A DNA stretch of 32,000 nt from an archaeon (GTDB taxonomy: Archaea; Iainarchaeota; Iainarchaeia; Iainarchaeales; 1-14-0-10-31-34), in the NCBI GenBank assembly GCA_024277355.1, contig JAJRVL010000002.1:72434-104433 (forward strand), written 5' to 3'. The notes beneath the pieces were generated by a model. That model was not told where the DNA came from. It searched no databases and saw only the letters and a program-made list of their open reading frames with translations. Positions 16,937-23,468 of this stretch are shown here, piece after piece. Positions within the stretch are counted from its first letter, which is position 1. Each line of letters begins with the position of its first letter. Position numbers and translations under genes: made by a program.

Positions 16937-17547
16937 TTATCATCAAATGAATCAGAATGTTTTTTGATTAAGTCTTTTTTGTCTTCATTTATTTTTTTTA
17001 TTCTGTTTATTACTGAAATATTTGTTTTTCTTGCGTTTTCGTATTTGTCTAACTCTAAAATTTCATCAAACTTTTTTTTTCTTTGCATTGGACTTAATTT
17101 TAAAAAAAAGTCAATTTGGTTTTGTTCTGAATAAACAGCTCTTGAAAATAAATCGTAATTCATTTCAAGTATTTCTTCTATTTTTTCGTTTACGTCGTTT
17201 GGTTTTGGTCCTGCAATTAATTTTCCTTCTTCTAATATTTTTGCCTGATTAGAGTTTTTTCCTGCAAAAACTGTTCTTTTAATTAAATAATTTTTGTTGT
17301 TGTAGTCAAATTCTAATTCAACTTTTGATTCATCCATTTGATTAGGTTTATTCATTATTATTTCATTTAAGCTTACGGATTTAGAATTTAATGCAGGATA
17401 AGTGCCGAATAAAGCATAACACATGGCTTCAATTACTGTGCTTTTTCCTGCTCCAATTATTCCGGTTAATACATTAGTTCCTTTATTAAACTGAAATTCT
17501 GTTTCTTTATGGCTTTTCCAGTTAAACAATTTTACTTTTTTAATCAT
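16888..17547 (-). CDS. rad50: Rad50 N-terminal segment (Walker A lobe and start of coiled coil); the 0 frame stops 7 codons after an A7 run
   Basis: MIKKVKLFNWKSHKETEFQFNKGTNVLTGIIGAGKSTVIEAMCYALFG, plus the Q-loop region YSEQNQID. Ends ..LNQKKKKKKNN* at 16888. Confidence 0.85.
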   Translation of the reverse strand: MIKKVKLFNWKSHKETEFQFNKGTNVLTGIIGAGKSTVIEAMCYALFGTYPALNSKSVSLNEIIMNKPNQMDESKVELEFDYNNKNYLIKRTVFAGKNSNQAKILEEGKLIAGPKPNDVNEKIEEILEMNYDLFSRAVYSEQNQIDFFLKLSPMQRKKKFDEILELDKYENARKTNISVINRIKKINEDKKDLIKKHSDSFDDKALKELNQKKKKKKNN

Positions 17548-17611
17548 CTGTTTTATTTGTATTTAGAGCTTTTTAAAAAAATAACCAGCAGCAACAAATA
17601 ATTATGTAGAA

Positions 17612-17881
17612 TTAAAGTAGATTCATTCCAATATTTTCAAATGAACTTATTCCTGAAATTTCTTTTATTGCTTTTTCTATTTCTTCTGTTATTCCGTCAT
17701 TTCCTTTTGCTTCAACTAATAAAGCAAATTCTATTGCTTCTAATCCAAACGCAATTGGTTTTCTTTGAATGTCTTTTAATTCTCCAAATAAAGGCATTTT
17801 TTCTTTTAGTGTTTGTTCTACTTTATCTGTTTCTTCAATTCCTTCAGGTGAAACCCTGTAAATTAATACCATTTTGCCCAT
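17612..17881 (-). CDS. ef1b: translation elongation factor aEF-1 beta
   Basis: 89 aa. VLIYRVSPEG...PIAFGLEAIEFALLVEAKGNDGITEEIEKAI matches the aEF-1beta pattern. Confidence 0.85.
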   Translation of the reverse strand: MGKMVLIYRVSPEGIEETDKVEQTLKEKMPLFGELKDIQRKPIAFGLEAIEFALLVEAKGNDGITEEIEKAIKEISGISSFENIGMNLL

Positions 17882-17891
17882 TTTTTATCAC

Positions 17892-18047
17892 TTAAGGCCC
17901 TATAAATCCACATTCAGTGCATTTGTATTCTTTTGTTGTTGTTTTACAGTTGTCGCATCTAATTATTTTTGTTTTACTGCATTTTGGACATTTGAATTCA
18001 GTGAAATCAAAATTCACTTCTTTATTGCATGAATTACATATTTTCAT
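17892..18047 (-). CDS. Zn-ribbon protein (COG2888-like, the usual partner of aEF-1beta); not in the ORF track
   Basis: Hand translation gives MKICNSCNKEVNFDFTEFKCPKCSKTKIIRCDNCKTTTKEYKCTECGFIGP* (51 aa, four CxxC pairs). SD-like AGAGGGA lies upstream. The stop is 10 nt before the aEF-1beta ATG. Confidence 0.7.
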   Translation of the reverse strand: MKICNSCNKEVNFDFTEFKCPKCSKTKIIRCDNCKTTTKEYKCTECGFIGP

Positions 18048-18165
18048 TTACAATCCCTCTTTAATAATCTTTTTTGAAAAAAGTTTAATCAAAAAACGCT
18101 GACTTTATGTTTAAATATAATCAGTTACTCAATTATTTCTGTAGTATTAAATTTAAAAGCTTTTA

Positions 18166-18239
18166 GGGCTCGTGGCGCAACTGGATAGCGCAGTCCGCTT
18201 CGGACGGACAGGCTGGGGGTTCGACTCCCTCCGAGCTCA
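18166..18239 (+). tRNA. tRNA-Arg (anticodon TCG)
   Basis: 74-nt cloverleaf folded by hand. Acceptor GGGCTCG/CGAGCTC (one G-U). D arm GCGC-AACTGGATA-GCGC. Anticodon arm GTCCG-CTTCGGA-CGGAC. Variable loop AGGCT. T arm GGGGG-TTCGACT-CCCTC. Discriminator A, no encoded CCA, no intron. Confidence 0.9.
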
Positions 18240-18293
18240 TTTGTGGTTTTGTCTGCGAGACAATGTACTGCTTTCAGCTGAGTTGTGTTAATT

Positions 18294-19676
18294 TTAGTCA
18301 GCTTTTTTCTTTAAGTAACTTGAAAAGAATTCTTTTGTTTCTTTTTCTTTATAGATTTTCATTAAATTTTTTCCTGCCAAAACCGCGTGTTTTTCTTTGA
18401 ATCTTTTTGCAAGGAATTTTCCTGAATTAACTTTAATTTGTTTTTCAATGAATTCTTTTATTACGGTTTCTGCTTTAATGTGTTTTCTTTTTACTTTAGC
18501 ATGGAAATGGGCTTTAATTTTTACTGCTTTTTTTCCGTGTTTTTCTTTAAATCTTTCAGAATGTGCTTTCATTTTAACAGGAGGGCCTTTAACTAATTTT
18601 TCTTTTTCTAATTTTGTTTCTTTTACTTCAATTAATAAAAGCATTTTTGTTTTTTCATCGCTCCAGAATCTTTCTTTTAATACAGTGAAATCATTTTTTT
18701 CTATTTCTTTTTTTAATTTCCTTAAAAAACTCCTTAATTGCCCAAAAGTAACATCTTCATGAATTTTTTTGTATATAGTTGAAACAACAATAATGTTTTT
18801 TCCTGAAACTTTTTTTCTGAATTCTTTTTGACTTAAAATTTTAACAGGCTTTGGAAAGAAAAAATTCATTGAAGGTTTTTTAATGAATTCTTTTGCTTTT
18901 TTCTTAAATTTAATGTAGGTTTCTTTTGATACTGCTGCAGAAACATTTCTTCTGTCATCTGTTGGATCCAAAAAAATTAAGTTTCCATAAAATTTGTTTT
19001 CCAGTTCTTTTTCTTCTTTTTTATTTAATTTTTTTGTTATTGAAAGAACTTTTTTTTCTTTCCATTTAGAAACATTTCTTAATGCATTTTCAAAAGTTGA
19101 ATATTTTAATATTATTAATTCTGTTAAATAACCTGAAAACCCCTGAGTTTTAAGTTCTGCGCCGTAACAGTTTATTCCTTTAAGAAATTTTTTCATCAGA
19201 CGTATTTCGTTTCTTTGTTTTTCTTTTATTTTCTCTTCTATGAATTCTGCATGAAATGGAGTTCTGTCAACTGAAGATAATAATTCTTTTGTTGATTTAA
19301 TTTTGTATGCAGGAATTAATTCAATTTTGTGCCCTTTAATTTCTGTTTTAACATAAGGGTGTTCTCCGTAATCTATTTCCCAGTTTTTTGAGAATTTTTT
19401 TGCTATTCTTAATCCTTCTTTAATAAATTTTTCTTTTGGAATTTTTTTGTCAAATAAAATAAAAATATCTATGTCTTTGTCTCCTTTTAGATGTGTATTT
19501 CTTGAAAGTGAACCTGCTAATATTGCATCTAAGTGAATTCCTTTCATTGACTTGATTTTTTTGATTATTTCTCTGCTTAATTCTCTTTCTTCTTGTATTT
19601 CTTTTTTTGTTGGAGTAATTTTTTCAAGTACTTTTTCTTTTAATTTTTGGATTTTTTGTTTTAGCATAGAAACCAT
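18294..19676 (-). CDS. cca: CCA-adding tRNA nucleotidyltransferase, archaeal class I
   Basis: 460 aa. Nucleotidyltransferase motif LAGSLSRNTHLKGDKDIDIFILF, RTPFHAEF and an archaeal CCA-type tail. Confidence 0.85.
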   Translation of the reverse strand: MVSMLKQKIQKLKEKVLEKITPTKKEIQEERELSREIIKKIKSMKGIHLDAILAGSLSRNTHLKGDKDIDIFILFDKKIPKEKFIKEGLRIAKKFSKNWEIDYGEHPYVKTEIKGHKIELIPAYKIKSTKELLSSVDRTPFHAEFIEEKIKEKQRNEIRLMKKFLKGINCYGAELKTQGFSGYLTELIILKYSTFENALRNVSKWKEKKVLSITKKLNKKEEKELENKFYGNLIFLDPTDDRRNVSAAVSKETYIKFKKKAKEFIKKPSMNFFFPKPVKILSQKEFRKKVSGKNIIVVSTIYKKIHEDVTFGQLRSFLRKLKKEIEKNDFTVLKERFWSDEKTKMLLLIEVKETKLEKEKLVKGPPVKMKAHSERFKEKHGKKAVKIKAHFHAKVKRKHIKAETVIKEFIEKQIKVNSGKFLAKRFKEKHAVLAGKNLMKIYKEKETKEFFSSYLKKKAD

Positions 19677-19746
19677 TAAATATTATGTTTAGTTATTTAA
19701 TATATCTTGTGATTAAAAAAATATTATTTGTAATTAAAGGGATTTT

Positions 19747-21360
19747 ATGGCTCAATTAGAAGAAATAAAGTTTGGTGAAGTCAAAGAAAAAGAAAAAAAA
19801 GAAGAAAAAACGCATATTTCGATTAAAGGCTTAAAGCCGGTTGATGATTATGATTCAATTGAAATATTTGAAAAGTATCCTGATTATTTTTATTTTGTTA
19901 AAAAACCTGTTTTATCTGATAAAGAAAAATTATTTGGTTCAATTTTACAGAATATTATTTTAAGGAAAGCTTCTATTCCTGAATTGTCTTCTAAATTAGG
20001 TTTGTCTAAAGAATTCCTTAATGATTTAAACAACGAAGTAATTCATGAAATTGAATCATTAAATTTACTTCATGTTCTTCCTGATAAAAAAGCTCTTGAT
20101 TTAATTAAAAAATCTTTTTTGGTTTTAGTTAAAAAGCATTTAAGTTTTATTGTTCATCCAGAAGAATTAACTCATTTTGTTTTGGATAAAACTTTGGGTT
20201 TTGGTTTTTTGTCTCATTTAATGAATGATGCTTGGCTTGAAGAAATAATGGTTAATGGTTATAACAAAAATGTTTTTGTTTTTCATAGAAAATATGGTAT
20301 GTGTGAAACAAATATTCCTGTAAAAAAAGATGGTTTTATTGGAAGGCTTGTTTATCGTATTGCCGCTACAGTTAACAGAGAGTTAAGTGATTCTCAGCCT
20401 TTGCTTGATGCAAGGCTTCCGGATGGTTCAAGAGCTAATGCAACTTCTCCTTATGCAACTCCTTTTGGTCCAACTTTAACTATAAGAAAATTTTCTACTG
20501 TTCCGTTAAGTATAATTGATTTAATTAATAATGGAACAATGACTGCAGAAATTGCTGCTTTTTTGTGGATGATAGTTGAAGGTTTTGGTGTTGAACCAAT
20601 GAATTTAATTGTTACTGGAGGAAGTGGTACAGGAAAAACTTCTACTTTGAATTCTTTGTCTGTTTTTATAAGGAAAGAAGATAGAATTATTACTATTGAA
20701 GATACAACTGAACTGCATTTAGGAAGCAGAAAAAACTGGATTCAGATGGAAGCAAGACCTCCTATTTCAGGAATACCTGAGTTATCTATGGATGATTTGT
20801 TAAAGAATGCTTTGCGAATGCGTCCTGACCGATTAATTTTAGGTGAAGTGCGTGGACCTGAAGCACAGACTTTATTTACTGCAATGGATACTGGTCATAG
20901 CGGTTGTATGGGGACTGTTCATGCAAATAATGGAAGAGAATTAATTACACGGCTAAAAAGTGCGCCTATGAAAGTGCCTGATATAATGCTGCCTTTGCTT
21001 GATGTAATTGTAGTGCAGTATAGAATGCATGCTCCGGGAAAAGGAATTATCAGAAGAATAGCGCAAATAAATGAAGTAAGCAGAATGGATGAACAGACTT
21101 TGCTTGGTGAATTGTTTGTCTGGAAAAAAGAAGATGACATAATAGAAAAAACTAATACTCCTTCGCATATTCTTGAAAAAATTGCAGGATTAACTGCAAA
21201 AACAAAAAGAGAAGTAATGAAAGAAATTCAGATAAGGCAGAGAGTAATTGAATGGATGACTTTAAGTGGAATTAATGCTAATCCTGATGTAGAAAAAATA
21301 ATTCAGAAATATTATTATGCTCCTTCAGAAATTTTAGAAAAAGTTTCAAATGAATTATAA
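19747..21360 (+). CDS. type II/IV secretion-family ATPase (archaeal FlaI/ArlI / VirB11 / TadA-like)
   Basis: Walker A VTGGSGTGKTS, Asp box TIEDTTEL, Walker B RPDRLILGEVRGPEA, His box MDTGHSGCMGTVHAN. Confidence 0.8.
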   Translation: MAQLEEIKFGEVKEKEKKEEKTHISIKGLKPVDDYDSIEIFEKYPDYFYFVKKPVLSDKEKLFGSILQNIILRKASIPELSSKLGLSKEFLNDLNNEVIHEIESLNLLHVLPDKKALDLIKKSFLVLVKKHLSFIVHPEELTHFVLDKTLGFGFLSHLMNDAWLEEIMVNGYNKNVFVFHRKYGMCETNIPVKKDGFIGRLVYRIAATVNRELSDSQPLLDARLPDGSRANATSPYATPFGPTLTIRKFSTVPLSIIDLINNGTMTAEIAAFLWMIVEGFGVEPMNLIVTGGSGTGKTSTLNSLSVFIRKEDRIITIEDTTELHLGSRKNWIQMEARPPISGIPELSMDDLLKNALRMRPDRLILGEVRGPEAQTLFTAMDTGHSGCMGTVHANNGRELITRLKSAPMKVPDIMLPLLDVIVVQYRMHAPGKGIIRRIAQINEVSRMDEQTLLGELFVWKKEDDIIEKTNTPSHILEKIAGLTAKTKREVMKEIQIRQRVIEWMTLSGINANPDVEKIIQKYYYAPSEILEKVSNEL

Positions 21361-21398
21361 TAATTCAATTTTTTTTCTGAACTTTTTTTTTTAGTAAT

Positions 21399-21995
21399 TC
21401 ACTTTAATTCTTTTCTGCAGATTTTTTCAAATTTCTTTAATTGAAGATAATTTTTTTCAAGTTTTTTGTTTGCTTTTTCAAGAGCTTTTTTCAAGTATTC
21501 TTCGTTTAACAAAACTTTTTCCTTTATTTTAATTGGAAAAGAAATAACTTGTGTTCCAATTAATTCAACAATAAATTTTCCTTCTTCAACTGTCATTATT
21601 CCTGCTCTTCTTATTCCTGTTTTTCTTGTTGTTTTAAGTATTTTTTCTGCGTTTTCCAGGGTGTTTGTTCCTAAATGCAGAATAAATGGATCTAATTTAA
21701 ACCATAATTCTTCTTCTTGGTGTTTTTTGTTAATTCCTTCTGTTAATTCTTTTAATTTAACTTTTCTGTGCCATTTTGAATGAAATGCGGCTTCTCTTTT
21801 GTTTCCTTCTTTTCCAACATCAAGAAGAAGTATTCTTCCTGCGCAACTGCTTGAAGTAAAAAAGTTTTTTGTTGATGAAATATACCTGCATAATGGAATC
21901 ATTTGTTTATCTGCTTTTTTTTCTTTTACTGCTTTAAAAAAAGTTTTTTTATGTCTTTCTTTTATCATTTTAAATCTTGTTTCTGCTTTGTTCAT
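21399..21995 (-). CDS. taw3: tRNA wyosine-derivative methyltransferase Taw3 (TYW3 homolog)
   Basis: 198 aa. FFTSSSCAGRILLL, FHSKWHRKV and FILHLGTNTLENAEKIL fit the TYW3/DUF207 pattern. The start overlaps the upstream stop (ATGA). Confidence 0.75.
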   Translation of the reverse strand: MNKAETRFKMIKERHKKTFFKAVKEKKADKQMIPLCRYISSTKNFFTSSSCAGRILLLDVGKEGNKREAAFHSKWHRKVKLKELTEGINKKHQEEELWFKLDPFILHLGTNTLENAEKILKTTRKTGIRRAGIMTVEEGKFIVELIGTQVISFPIKIKEKVLLNEEYLKKALEKANKKLEKNYLQLKKFEKICRKELK

Positions 21996-22411
21996 AATTC
22001 AATCCTTTCTACTTTTTTTTCTTTTGTGTCAATTAAAACTATTTTTTCTTCTTTAACTGAAGAAACATTAATGCAAAAAGTTTTTTCAATGATTTCTTTT
22101 CCAAAAGCTTCATGGCAGTGTCCTGAAACACTGAATTCAGGGGAAAACTCTTCAATTATTTTTCTCACGGATTCTGAACCAATATGTTTTCCTGAAAAAC
22201 TTTTATCTAATGAACAATTTTTTGGAGGAGAATGAGTTACAAGAAAAACTTTTTTTTCTCCTTGGATTAAAAACTTTAGTTTTTCATATATTTCTTGTTC
22301 TGAAAAAATCATTTCTCCAATGCTTTCAACTGCTCCGCCAAAACCAATAAACATATAATCTTTAAATTTTTCTTTTCTTGAATGCAGTGAAATCCCTTTT
22401 TTTCCATAAAT
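21992..22411 (-). CDS. metallophosphoesterase, C-terminal part (-1 frame)
   Basis: The frame is open from 22411 and reads ..KKGISLHSRKEKFKDYMFIGFGGA...LVTHSPP...GHCHEAFG. These are calcineurin-like motifs IV-V, continuing the N-terminal part. Confidence 0.7.
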   Translation of the reverse strand: MYGKKGISLHSRKEKFKDYMFIGFGGAVESIGEMIFSEQEIYEKLKFLIQGEKKVFLVTHSPPKNCSLDKSFSGKHIGSESVRKIIEEFSPEFSVSGHCHEAFGKEIIEKTFCINVSSVKEEKIVLIDTKEKKVERIEL

Positions 22412-22632
22412 TCAAGGCCTTCTTTTGTATCAAGGTTTCCTGGAATTGCAAAAATTTTTTTATTTAATTTTTTTATTTCGTCTATTACTTCTTTTATTTG
22501 TGTTTCTCCGCCAAAATTAGTTAAATCTCCTGCAATTACCACTAAATCAATTTCACTGCTTTTTTTGTTTTCAAGAAGTTTTTTTAATGATTCAATTCTT
22601 GAATGCACATCACTTAAAACCAGTATTTTCAT
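22309..22632 (-). CDS. metallophosphoesterase, N-terminal part (0 frame)
   Basis: MKILVLSDVHS (motif I), VIAGDLTNFG (motif II), AIPGNLD (motif III). After ..FMEKK the 0 frame becomes non-homologous (GFHCIQEKKNLKIICLL..). Confidence 0.7.
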   Translation of the reverse strand: MKILVLSDVHSRIESLKKLLENKKSSEIDLVVIAGDLTNFGGETQIKEVIDEIKKLNKKIFAIPGNLDTKEGLEFMEKKGFHCIQEKKNLKIICLLVLAEQLKALEK

Positions 22633-22676
22633 AAATAAACCTTTTTATTTGCTTTGCGACTAAATAGTATTTAGGA

Positions 22677-23450
22677 ATGATTATGTTTAATAAGTTTTTT
22701 TTAGTTGTCTTTTCTTTAGTTTTATTTACTTCAGGTGTTTTTGCTTTAGAAATAGTTTTTCCTGTTTCAGCTGATGTTTCTGAAAATTCAACAATTGAAT
22801 TAGGGAAAATTTCTCCCGGACAGCAGTTTGAATTAATTATTTCTGATGAAAGGTTTAATGCAGTTGAAGTAACTGGTTCTTTTTCTTCTTGGAGTGAAGA
22901 TTCAGTTTTTTATGAAAAAAATACAGGAATAAAAATTAATGTTCCTTTTGATGCTTCTCTTGGAGCAAAAAATATTTCTTTTAAGGCATTTAATTCTTCT
23001 TCAGGGTTATCTGAATCATTTAATGCTTTAGTTAATGTCAGGAAAGATTTATGGTCAGTTAATATTTCTGGTTTAAGTCAGACAGCAGAAGTAAATTTTC
23101 CTGTTAATTATAAATTGACTTTTTCTAATGAATCAATTGGAAAACAAAAAATTTCTGTTTCTTCTAATCTTACTTCTTACTGGATGAAAGAAAAAACTTT
23201 TGTGGTTGAACCAAAATCTGTTTTAAAAGATTTAATTGAAGTTAATCCAAGGCATTATGGAACAAGAGCATTTAATTTTGTTTTAAAATCTTCTTCTTCT
23301 GCTGAAACAAAAGAATTCCAGTCAAAATTAAGGGTTGAATCTTCTTTGTTAAGCAAGTATTCTTCTCCTTTGTATGGTTTTCCTTTTTTTACTCCTACTT
23401 TGTTTCCTTATTATTTAGTTGAGTCTTTTGTCGGCTTTTTTCTTAAATAA
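22677..23450 (+). CDS. secreted / cell-surface protein with C-terminal hydrophobic anchor
   Basis: N-terminal signal peptide FFLVVFSLVLFTSGVFALE. Ser/Asn-rich body with several N-x-S/T sequons. C-terminus YGFPFFTPTLFPYYLVESFVGFFLK. Confidence 0.55.
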   Translation: MIMFNKFFLVVFSLVLFTSGVFALEIVFPVSADVSENSTIELGKISPGQQFELIISDERFNAVEVTGSFSSWSEDSVFYEKNTGIKINVPFDASLGAKNISFKAFNSSSGLSESFNALVNVRKDLWSVNISGLSQTAEVNFPVNYKLTFSNESIGKQKISVSSNLTSYWMKEKTFVVEPKSVLKDLIEVNPRHYGTRAFNFVLKSSSSAETKEFQSKLRVESSLLSKYSSPLYGFPFFTPTLFPYYLVESFVGFFLK

Positions 23451-23468
23451 TTTCAAAACTGATATTTT

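Noticed and set aside
15927-17252. Plus-strand ORFs 15927..16277, 16362..16967 (201 aa), 16892..17134 and 17022..17252 with Ser/Phe/Leu-rich products
   Set aside because: They are antisense shadows of the rad50 Glu/Lys coiled coil (GAA/AAA codons read backwards give TTC/TTT). The composition is low-complexity, no motifs are present, and the opposite strand carries clear Rad50 hallmarks.
17548-17611. Possible copy of the nurA/herA upstream element in front of rad50 (minus-strand TTGCTGCTGGTTA followed by TTTTTTTAAAAA)
   Set aside because: Only CTGG and flanking T's match. That is too weak to separate from chance, so it is not called.
18249-18261. Small hairpin TGTCT-GCG-AGACA just downstream of the tRNA
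   Set aside because: A 5-bp stem is too short to support a structured RNA or terminator call. It probably lies in the tRNA 3' trailer.
21992-22632. The frameshifted metallophosphoesterase as the missing Mre11
   Set aside because: At about 213 aa it is far shorter than Mre11. The N-terminal motif is SDVHS, not the D-x-H-L-G type. It lacks the Mre11 capping and DNA-binding region, is 4.4 kb from rad50 and is coupled to taw3. It fits the small YfcE/MJ0936-like class instead.
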